This document shows positions 13,845 to 24,261 of a stretch of DNA of 64,000 nucleotides, piece by piece. Positions within the stretch are counted from its first letter, which is position 1. Every line of letters starts with the position of its first letter. The position numbers and the translations under genes are program-made. This DNA comes from Mobula hypostoma. Lineage: Eukaryota. The stretch is taken from NCBI RefSeq assembly GCF_963921235.1, contig NC_086097.1, positions 189,226,001 to 189,290,000 of the forward strand. Direction: 5' to 3'. Below the pieces are notes generated by a model, which was not told the DNA's origin, did not search any database, and saw nothing but the letters and a program-made list of their open reading frames with translations.

Positions 13845-14470
13845 ACTTAAAGTTCTCAGGAGTGAACATCATTAGTAGACTGTTCTGAACAGACCATGTA
13901 GATGCCTTGGCTAAGAAAGCTCACCAGCTTCTCTACTTCCTCAGGAGGCTTAAGAAATTTGGTACATCCTCTATGACCCTTCCATAGAAAGCATCCTATC
14001 TGGATGCATTATAGCTTGGTATGACGGCTTCTCTGCTCATAACTGCAAGAGACTGTAAAGTGTTGTGAATACAGTTTAAAACATCACAGAAACCAGCCTC
14101 CCCTCAATGGACTCTCTCTATAATTCTCACTGCCTTGATAAAGCAGCCAACATAATCAATGACCCCCGCCACACTGGACATCCTCTCTTCTTCACTGGGC
14201 AGGAGATACAAAAGCCTTAAAACATGTATCAACAGACTCAAGGACAGCTTCTATCCTGCTGTAAAATAACTATTGATGAGTCTACTAGTATGAGATGGAT
14301 TCTTAACATAACAACCTACCTTGTTATTGTCTTTGCACATTATAGTCTACCTGCACTTCTTTTTTTTTACCTTGAAATACCTTAATGTACTATTGTAATG
14401 AAATGATCTGTATGGATGGTATACACGTTTTCACTATACCTCAGTACCTGTGACAATAATGCACCAATTT
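13845..14470 (+). mobile_element. Rex/Babar LINE 3' fragment
   Basis: KKAHQLLYFLRRLKKFG and IESILSGCI motifs; TGTGACAATAAT 3' end. Confidence 0.75.
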
Positions 14471-15183
14471 ATGAAAAAAAACTATATTTACTGAACATGT
14501 TCTTTCCAGTCTGTGCAGTTACATTTCTACAAAGTGGGCAATGTTACAAATGAAGTACTTTCTTAATTTAATTATTAGAATCAACACAAAATCCTCTACC
14601 TGAAATTACCCTTGAATTGCAATGAAAAACACATGCCTTTACATACAAAATAATGTGGGAAGTCAGTGGCTGACTTGTTTTATTGTTAATATATATAATG
14701 GAAATAATATTGAATCTCTCTTAATCTATATCTGATGGATAGTAAAAAATCTGGCGGCTTATTAAAATCAGGCTGAAAAGTATTAATTTAAAGAAATGGG
14801 ACAATCAGTTACAAAAATAAAGTATGAAGGTATTATTTATTGCAGACTACACAGCTGCTATTACAGTATCAGGATTTCCAAATAATTACAGATTAAGATC
14901 AGGGACGTACGAAAATAGAATCATGCACTAATATTAACACAACAATTCTAATTTAAATCCCAGTACTTAAAACGAATTCTTTGTGACTAATTATGATATT
15001 TGAACTACATAGCTCACATAAAACCACATGAATGTAGAAATGGAATTGGCCTATTGTTACAAACGTACATTTCAGAATCAGAATCAGGTTTAAATTCACC
15101 GGCCTATATTGTGAAATTTGTTAACTTAGCAGCAGCAGTACAATGCAATACATGATAATATAGAATATAAATAAGTCAATTAC

Positions 15184-17737
15184 GTTAAAGCATTAGCTGC
15201 CCCAGGCCCAAGCAGCATACCTAATAAGGTGTAAAAGAAATGCCCAAAACTTCTTCAGAGGCTGTGGAAGGTCATGAGAAAGATCTGTGCCAAAGGTACT
15301 ATTCCATCAAGTTGGAAATTGGCAGCAGGATGCTTTACTCCAAAGGAAGAGGTTTCTTCCACAATTACTCAGTATAGGACAATTTCTCTCCTGGATGTGG
15401 AATGTAAGATTTTCCTTTCTGTGCTCGCAAGAAGGCTGACTTCTTACATGACGCAGAACCGCTATATCAACACATCCATCCGGAAAGGTGGTATTCCAGG
15501 CTTTTCGGGGTGTCTGGAACACACCTCAATGATTAGCCATTTGATCCGTGAGGCCAAACAGAAAAAAGGCGACCTAACAGTTGTCTGGTTAGACCTCGCG
15601 AATGCCTACGGGTCTATTCCACATGACCTCATCCTAGAAGGACTCGACCACTACTACATCCCAGTGGCTATTCGAGACATGATCACCAGCTACCTAGGAG
15701 GATTCAAACTTAGATTTACATCAGCCCATTTCACAACTAGTAGGCAGGACCTCCAGAAGGGGATTCCAACAGGGTGCACCATCTCCCCCATCCTATTTGT
15801 TATGGGAATGAACCTCCTATTATCAGCAGAAGAAAATGTCACCCGCGGCCCGACACTGGAGTCAGGCATTGTTCAGCCGGCTCTACGAGGATTCATGGAC
15901 AACATCACTATAACAACTGTGTCACATGTCCGAGCAAGATGGATATTGGAAACCCTGGGTAATGTAGCCACTTGGGCGAGGATGTCCTTCAAGTCTAAGA
16001 AGTCCAGGTACATGGTGATCATAAAGAGAAATGTTACTAGCAAGTTTAGCCTCCAAGCTCAGGGTGAGGTCATCCCTTCTATCGAAGGTAACCTGATAAA
16101 ACGCTTGGGGAAATGGTTTAATGTGTCACGGACAGATGGGGCCAATGTCACCAATGCTGTGAAGCAGACAGACGAATGGCTGAAGAAGATCGACAAATCC
16201 AGACTTCCCAGTAAATTCAAGACCTGGCCGTACCAATATGGCATTCTGCCCAGGCTTCTCTGGCTCTTCACACTTTATGAGTTCCCCATGACTGCCATAG
16301 AGGGCATCGAGAGGAGAACCAACAAGCTCCTGTGGAGATGGTGGGGAGTTCCCCCAAGCTTCTCTTTAGTGGGCCTCTGCATTCATTCTGGGCAACTGCA
16401 GCTCCCCCTGTCATCTGTTGTGGAGGAATTCAAGGTGGCAAAATGCAGAGCTTTATTAAGCCTGAGAGATTCCAGTGACGTCTTGATAAAGCAAGCAGGT
16501 GTTACAACCAGATCTGGGTGCAAGTGGGCAGCCAACGCAGCTGTGGAGGAGGCAGTGTGTTCTCTGAAGCTGCGAGATATCATTGGCAATCCCTGCGTCG
16601 GACGGCAAGGCCTCAGCTCAGTTCACTTCCAGAAGTGGGGAAACACAAGCATAAGGAACAGGTGAGACATGATACAGGCAGAAGTACGGATCTGTGAGGA
16701 AGAGAAGCGGATTTCAAAGGCAGTGGAACAAGGGTCCCAGGGTGCCTGGACAAAATGGGATCTGCCCAAGCGCAAAATCTCATGGGCAGAGTTATGGAGA
16801 CTGGAGCCCTTCTGTATTTCCTTCCTCTTGCGATCCGTGTATGACACCCTTCCTTCACCATTACATCTGTACACATGGGGGATGAGAGAGGACCCAAACT
16901 GTAAGCTCTGTGGTCAAAAGGGGACACTGGCTCATATACTGTCTGGGTATGAAACAGCTCTAACTCAAGGACGATATGGGTGGCGCCATGATAAGGTGCT
17001 TCTGGCTCTTGCTGACACACTAGAGCAGGAGAGATGCAAGAAGAGGACGGCTGGCACAGATTTGAGGAAGGCCATCACCTTCATCTAAGAGGGAGCTAGG
17101 CCTTTCGTAACCAAACAACCAAAGCCCAATCTGCTGCTAACGGCCAGGTCCTGGGAGATGAGGGTCGATGTGGGAAGGAGGTTGCAGTTCCCGGATGTGG
17201 TGCACACAACCCTACGCCCGGACATTGTACTGTGGTCAACTGAAGACAAAATACTTCTGGTTGAGCTGACTGTGCCGTGGGAGGAGGGATGGGAAGAGGT
17301 TCACGAGAGAAAGGCCTTGAAGTACCAGCCCTTAGTGCAGGAGTGTAAAGACAAGGGATGGCAGGCATGGTTGTTCCCCGTGGAGATCGGCTGCAGAGGT
17401 TTCCCAGCCAAATCAGCATGGCAGTAGCTGTCAGATCTGGGCCTAGATGAAAGGAGCAAAAAACAAGCAGCTTGTAGGATGGAGGAAGAGGCAGAATGAG
17501 CCTCCTGTTAGATTTGGAGTAGGCGAGAGGAGGGGAGCTGGAAGCCAGGAGCAGATGGGCAGTGATTTGGCCACCACTGCCGGCCCACCAAGTGGAGAGT
17601 GTCGTGGTTAAGGGACGAAAGACTCGGTGAAGGTTGGGAACAACCTGATGACATCTGCTCCTGGCTGAAGGCTACGGTTACCTTATAAGATAACTGGAGA
17701 AATGCACCTTAACAGGTGTATGTAACAAGTAACAAGT
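15184..17737 (+). mobile_element. 5'-truncated Hero (R2-group) non-LTR retrotransposon: RT, CCHC knuckle, restriction-like endonuclease
   Basis: One frame broken only by stops (ORFs 15274-16665, 16669-17088, 17158-17427): WLDLANAYGSIPH, GIPTGCTISP, GFMDN (decayed xxDD), CKLCGQKGTLAHILSG, RPDIVLW..LLVELTVPWEE..KALKY; TAACAAG repeat at the 3' end. Confidence 0.85.
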
Positions 17738-17785
17738 GTATATTAAATAGTTAGATTAAAAAGAGTGCAAAACAGAGACAATATG

Positions 17786-18007
17786 TGTTGTGTATGTGGC
17801 CTGTTTACACAACTATGTTATCAATAAAAACGCGGGAGGCAGGAGCTAAGTTTCATGGTTCTTTACTGGTAGAGTCCGAACTTGGCACACACATACAGAT
17901 CAATATGCGCCTAATAGCGCATTCTCAATACGTGCCTAATAGCGATGCAACGATGTGTTACTAAAACATAAAGTAGTCCCTTATTATAATGTAGGCTATA
18001 TGGAACA
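17786..18007 (-). repeat. 3' LTR (222 bp, with an internal ~25-bp tandem duplication)
   Basis: Direct repeat of 21061-21258. Confidence 0.95.
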
Positions 18008-18025
18008 CGCCTCCCCTTTTATTTT
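18008..18025 (-). other. Polypurine tract
   Basis: Minus strand AAAATAAAAGGGGAGGCG abuts the 3' LTR. Confidence 0.9.
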
Positions 18026-18586
18026 AATAGTGCATCAACTGTTCTTTTTAACTGGGGCATTATGTTGAACAAATATGTTTACCCTTAACATACAAACGCC
18101 TACCATTTGTTTACTTAGCATCTTAATAATATCAAATTATAACAAAGTAATGTAATAATATCAAATTAAAACAAGCCTTTTTTTTACTTTTGGCCTAAGA
18201 CCCATTTATAACTCATGTCTCTGGTGGGGTGGGGGGGGGTCTTCTCTAGATTGTCTGGCACTGAAGCAAATAGGTCTTCACTCTATTGTCTGGAATAAAT
18301 TAAACAATCCACAAATTGGCAGGTTCCAGCCATAAAGAGTAGTCACCTCCATCTTGCAAAGATGACAAAAGCAAAGTGAAATCCGTGAAAAGGTGAATGT
18401 TATTCTTAAAAATATGTACAATCATCAAAACTGAGACAGCATTGGAAAGTGTCTTCAAATAGTGTGTTCTTCAGTCTGTCAATAAACTTGTTTGTTTTAA
18501 TACAGATTTCCATATAAAAGTCATGAAAAGTTGACATCTGAGCATAGGGAGTTAAGAAGATGTGCGCCTTCAACTTGCTAAGAGTT

Positions 18587-19489
18587 CTAGGCAGCAGATC
18601 ACCTCTGTATAATGAAGACTCCTCTGTGCAGCTGTCCTAGACATATACGCATCTTTGTGCTACCACTTGTCTTCCTTACCCATATCTCATTTGTTCCAAC
18701 TGAGCTAATTATACAGCCAATTTTCGTATTCTCCTTAGATTCCAAATAAATAAGATACCACCTCTTATCGTAATATAACTTTCCCTCTTCTATTCATGCT
18801 TCATATCTCTGTGCCGGTGATTCAGCAGGAGTGCTGGGAAGATGCTCAGGTGAAGACAGAGATGTTGGTCTTTTCGGAGATTTAAGCTTATTGAGAGTTC
18901 GCAGATCATCCATTATCTGTTCATCTGTTAACAAGTAATCTAACTGAGCAGGTGCAGATTTTCGTCTTTTGTCTGTAACTGGAACAGGGTCATTAGGTCT
19001 CCTTTTTAGTTTCCTAGTCATTATTGGCTTGAGTTCCATTGTTAGCCTCTCGTTCTCAATCATCTTTTTCTTTTCTTCTAACTCGATCTTTTTATCTTCA
19101 AATTCCTTCACTGCTGCTTTCTTCTCTTTAATATAATTCCTTTCCACTTGTTCTGTCTCCAGTTGCAGAAAAAGCTCTGCATTTCATATCCTTTCCTTGT
19201 ATTGTTGATCTAGTTTCTTCATCCTTTTCTGATACTCCTGCAAAGTGCCTTCCTGTAACTGCTGTAGCTGTCTTTTGAGAGATGTCAATTTCTCCTGGTA
19301 TGTCTGCTCTTTTACTTCCAGGTAATCTTCATCATCCTGCTTATTTGCAATATCTGTCTCACTTGCATCCTCTGTATCTTCATCCAAGTCACAGCCACGG
19401 ATACTGCATTCATCCTCATTGTCAACGCTGTCTAGTTCCTCTTCGTCGTTGTAAAAGTCGACAATGGGTGAGAGGAGAGCTGCGTATGT
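18587..19489 (-). pseudogene. SUDS3: Intronless SUDS3 (SDS3, Sin3A-HDAC corepressor subunit) retrocopy inside the LTR element
   Basis: Translation matches vertebrate SUDS3 from end to end: [145 protein letters not shown]; three internal TGA at Arg positions; start codon position reads ACA. Confidence 0.95.
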
Positions 19490-20689
19490 CTTCCCCACCG
19501 AGCTGCCCTCCTTTGTTGACACATCTAGTGCCTTGATGGTGTGCCAATCCAACTGGATTTTCCTGAGCCATTCACGTCCCAGCAACGGTGGTCCTCCACT
19601 TTTCAGTACATAGAGGTTCAGCTGCTGTGTTTTGTCTCCGTAGGTCACTGTCACTTTAATTTTACCTTTGGGGCGCACTTTCTGTCCTGTGCAAGTCTTT
19701 AGCAGTAGTTTAGTTTGTTTCGGGGGTATGTGAGAAAACAGACGTTTGTAGTCATGTACAGAGATCACTGTTAAAGCTGAGCCTGTGTCCAACTCCATTT
19801 TCAGTCTCACGCCGGCCACTTGTGGAGTGATCCATATTACTCTTCGATCATCTGTCTCTTTCATGCTGTGAAGTTACAGACAAGACAATTCACTTTCATC
19901 TGAGTCGTTTTCATCAGAACTGCTTTCTTCCATTTTGTAAACATTGTTGGATTTTCCTTTCTGGGGTTTCTTGTTTCTCTGTATTTTGTCCTTTTTCTGC
20001 TGTTTACCAGCTTTGCATACTCTGCCAATGTGGCCCTGTTTACCACAGTTTCTTCATTCTTTGTCTTTAAACCAACAGTCATCAGGGTCATGTGACCTGT
20101 TCCCACAACGGTAACATTTCTTTCCTTCATTTCTGTTCAGTGACATTTTATTCGTAGCATATTCCAGAGATTTTTGTTGTATCTCTGAAGCACCCCGTGC
20201 TGCTGTTTCTGTTGATATTGAAATGTTCAGCTCCTTCTCTAATGTAAACTCTTTTTCACCCAGGAACTTCTTCTGTGTGGTTTCACAGTGCGTGCCACAC
20301 ACTAACCTGTCCCTCAATGCATCCGATAAACCAGCTCCAAATTGACAATGTTCTGATAATTTGCGCAATTCAGCACAATATTCAGAAATGCTTTCATTTT
20401 TGCTCTGATTCTGATTGTGAAATTTAAATCTTTCAGCAATGACCATTGGTTTGGGGTTTAAATGCTGTTGGAGAGTGTCTACTATTTGCTTGAATGTTTT
20501 GTCAACCGGCTTTTCAGGGATTAACAAGCTCCGTAGCAGCCTGTATGTTTTTGCTACCGTAATACTGAGTAAGACGCTGGCTTTCTTTCCGTCATTAACA
20601 CTGTTAGCCTCACAATATAACTCCACTCTCTCAATGTAAGTTGCCCAGCCTTTAATGCCACTATCAAATGCTGTAATGGTTCCAATCAT
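19490..20689 (-). pseudogene. Gypsy gag (two CCHC knuckles) plus aspartic protease, in frame with SUDS3
   Basis: IAERFKFH..ESISEYCAELRKLSEHCQFG..LRDRLVCG; CYRCGNRSHDPDDC and [21 protein letters not shown] and LLGREWL; stops at 20054-20056 and 19874-19876. Confidence 0.92.
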
Positions 20690-21046
20690 TGCCGTCTTTG
20701 TTATGTTAGTTTAGCCCCGTTTTCCCCTTGTTTTCTTTTTGACTCACGCCATGAGTGCACTCCATCTAGATGCATGTGTTGCTCCTTGTTATCTCCCTTC
20801 TGGGGCAGGCAGACCCTCAGCCCCTGGGGGTCAGCACCGGCTGTGATCTCACCTGGACGTGCTGCGGTTCCAACTGTGTCTCTTGGTCTCCCGACGTTCC
20901 CAACCCCGGCTGTGCTCCCGCTTCCTTTCAGACTTGTGGTCTCACTCTGCCTCCTACTCCTGCTCCCTTGCTCGTTCCTTGCGCTCTTCCTCTGAGTGCC
21001 ATTATCAACTAAAACACGGCGTTCTGATAAGATGTAGGTTCATTAA

Positions 21047-21057
21047 CCTCGTCGCCA
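21047..21057 (-). other. Primer binding site, tRNA-Ser(GCT) type
   Basis: Minus strand TGGCGACGAGG, 3 nt inside the 5' LTR; complementary to the ...CCTCGTCGCCA 3' end of vertebrate tRNA-Ser(GCT). Confidence 0.85.
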
Positions 21058-21060
21058 ATT

Positions 21061-21258
21061 TGTTGTGTATGTGGCCTGTTTACACAACTATGTTATTAAT
21101 AAAAACTCAGGAGACAGGAGCTAAGTTTCATGGTTCTTTACTGGTAGAGTCCAAACTTGGCACACACGTACAGGTCAATACGGACCTAATAGCGCATGCA
21201 ACAATGTGTTACTAAAACATAAAGTAGTCCCTTATTATAATGTAGGCTATATGGTACA
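21061..21258 (-). repeat. 5' LTR (198 bp)
   Basis: Direct repeat of 17786-18007, TG...CA termini. Confidence 0.95.
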
Positions 21259-22546
21259 ATATGAATAAAAAGTGAGGTCGTGTTCATGGGTTCAATGTCA
21301 TCAGATGGCAGAGGGAAGGAAGCTGTTCCTGAATCGCTGAGTATGTGCCTTCAAGCTTCTGTACATCCATTCTGATGGTAATAATGTGAAGAGGTCATGC
21401 CCCGGTTGATGGGCATCTTTAATAATGGATGTTGCCGTTCTGAGGCACTGTTCCTTGATGATGTCTTGGATACTATGGAGGCTAGTACCCAAGATGGAGC
21501 TGACTAATTGAACAACTTTCTGTAGCTTCTTTCGATCCTGTGCAGGAGCACCTTCTCCCCTTTCTTCTTTCAGCCATGACTCAATGATGCACAGACCATA
21601 CCTGCCAATCTCTATTTGAGATCTACCTTATTCCTTATACCGTGTACATTCAAATATAAAACCTTCACTCCTTTATTCATCACCCTTTTAGATTTTTCCC
21701 CCATGTTACACTTCAACTCATTCCACTGGCTGCAATTTTGCCCTATGACGTGCCTGTCCTTCCTCATACTCTCACTATACATTTCATGTACTTGTATACC
21801 AACTGACCCATCATAGCCCTATCATTCTGGTTCCTATCAACCTGCCAAATTAGTTTAAAGTCTTTCCAACAGCTCTAACAAACCGGCCAGCAAGGATATT
21901 GGTCTCCCTTGGCTTCAAGTGTAATTTGTCCTTTTTGTACAGGTCATTCCTTCCCCAGAAGAGATCCCAATGATCCAGAAATCTGAAGCTCTGCCCCCTG
22001 CATCAATTCCTTAGCCACACATTCATCTACCAAATCATCTTGTTCTTATCCTCACAGCAATCCAGAGATTACTGCCCTGGAGGAGGTCCTGCTTTTCAGC
22101 TTCCTATTCAACTCCCTACATGAGGATGATCCAATAGGATGATTCTTTTCACCCTTCTGCTGAAGTTCCCACCATAATGGAGAGCAGTCTTTAACTAGTT
22201 TGATTCATTTTATCTGTGAATGCTATTTAGAGTAATGCCATGCTGGATTTGGAGCTACATATTTCTGACCCAGAGACAGATGCCAAGCAGTTCCAGTACA
22301 GCTTCAATACTGGCATCTATCCTGTATTGTAATTGCTTTGGCTAGAAAATGCAAAGCAAATCTCAGATTAATTACCATCTCAGCAGCCAGCTTTCAATAG
22401 GTGATGAAAGGTGTTGTCAGTCAATTACAACTTGCACAACTGATGCTCAGTTGGCCTGTTAGAATATTATAGTTCCAGACCTCATTTAAGTTGTTAATCC
22501 AAATGGATTCTAAAGGTGGTGAAGCAAGACATAACATCCCAATATA

Positions 22547-23281
22547 CACGCAGTAGCCACTTCATTACACACCTGATAAAGTGACCACTGAGTGTACATT
22601 CATGGTCACCTGCTGCTGTAGCCCATCCACTTCAAGGTCTGATGTGTTGTGCATTCAAAGACGCTCTTTCCCCTGCACACCACTGTTGTAATGCCTGGTT
22701 GTTTGAGTTACTGTCACCTTCCCAGCAGCTTGAAATAGTCCAGTCGTTCTACTCTGACCTCCCTCAATAACAGGGCACTTTTGCTCACAGAACTGCCACT
22801 CACTGGATTTTTTTTTGTTTTTGCACCTTTTTCTGTAAATTCTGGATACTGTTGTGCATGAAAATCCTGAGAGATGGGCAGTTTCTGAAATACTTAAACT
22901 ACCTGGTCTGCACCTAGTTCAAGTTTAATTATCATTCAACTATACACAAATACCTATAAATACAGCCAGTGTTCCTCTAAAGCCAAAGTGCAAAACACCA
23001 ACAATTATTCCACAATTAAAGTCTCTTAGATCTCACTTCTTGCCCATTCTGAAGTTTGGTCTGAACAACAACTGAATCTCTTGACCATGTTTTATGCATT
23101 GAGTTGCTGTCATGATTGGTTGATTATATATTTGCATTAATGAGCAGGTGTACAGGTGGGGTTGAGAGGGATAATAAATCAGTTATGATGGAATGGCAAA
23201 GCAGACTCAATGGGCCAAAAGGCCTAATTCTACTCCCATGCCATATGGTCTTATGGAACCTAATAAAGTGGCTACTGAATG
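22547..23281. mobile_element. Tc1-like non-autonomous element
   Basis: TA|CACGCAGTAGCCACTTCATTA ... TAATAAAGTGGCTACTGAATG|TA inverted termini; related end at about 47450-47470. Confidence 0.7.
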
Positions 23282-24261
23282 TAAAGACAGCATTCAACTG
23301 ATTATGAACCTCGAATACACGGTTAACTTGAAAAAGGAAAGAGGACAACAAACCTCTCAGAGATGTATCACTGTGGAGGACGATACTTCTGCATGTTAGA
23401 AAGCAACAAGTGATTTGTTAGTATATTCTAGCCCACTCCACATCTGTAGACACTTGTAAGAGCCTTCGGTGACATACCAAATCTCCTCAAATGAAGCAGA
23501 GTTGTTGAAATGCCTTCTTCATAAGTGCATCAATTTGTTGGGCCCAAAATAGATCCTCTGAGATGTTGACGTACAGAAACATAAAGCTGCTTACCCAATC
23601 CACTGCGAACCCTTCAATGACTGGTGTGCGTTCTCCTGACCTCCACTCCCTAGGGCCCACAATCAATTTCCTGGTCTTGCTGACATAAGTGTGAGATTTT
23701 TATTGTGACACCACTCAACCAGCCGATCCATATCACTTTTCTATTCCTCCTCTTCACTATCTGAGATTTACCAATAGCAGCAACTGCCACAGACTCAGTC
23801 TGGCAGCTATGTTCTGGAGGGTTCAGTCAGTTGGTGAGGTAGACTGAAATTCTTTATCCAAAGTACATCTTTCAGCAGGAGTTAATGTTTGTCTCCAGGG
23901 AAGAGCCAGAGCACACAGTTATTTGTGATGAACTCTGACATAACCATTGCATCTCTGTGTTGACAGATGTAATTCCAGAAGATGGATAATGTGGTATTAT
24001 GATTCCAACTGTGCTTGAAGGATCCAATAAGATTTTATAAACTGGTAAGCATGGCGTTGCTTATTTTAAAATTATGGTGATGAAGAGTTTTGCCATATTC
24101 AGGAGTCACCCAATAGGATTGGTATGTCCTTTTCTCACAAAACCTCAAGAACATCAAGTGCAGAACATTCCCTGATTGATTTGTCATTGTTTTTTTGCAG
24201 AAACTTTTACTTATTTATTTTTTTAGCCTTGGGACAGCGATAGGAACAGATGGTATGAGAA

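Larger units (their letters stand above)
17786..21258 (-). mobile_element. Complete non-autonomous Mag-type Gypsy LTR retrotransposon carrying a captured SUDS3 cDNA
   Basis: TG...CA LTRs at 17786-18007 and 21061-21258; TSD ATATG at 17781-17785 and 21259-21263; PBS, PPT, gag and protease present; no RT/RNaseH/integrase. Confidence 0.95.
15072..21560 (-). mobile_element. Rex/Babar LINE 3' end split into three pieces (15072-15183, about 17735-17785, 21259-21560) by two later insertions
   Basis: (AGAATC)n tail at 15074-15086; 3'UTR continues across both insertions into ORF 21301-21492 (HTQRFRNSFLPSAI). Confidence 0.7.

Noticed and set aside
18587..19489. SUDS3 as the functional host gene
   Set aside because: Intronless, no ATG, three internal stops, enclosed by LTRs
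19861..20130. 89-aa ORF suggesting a gag-pol frameshift
   Set aside because: It is an off-frame reading; gag, the second knuckle and protease share one frame with two point stops
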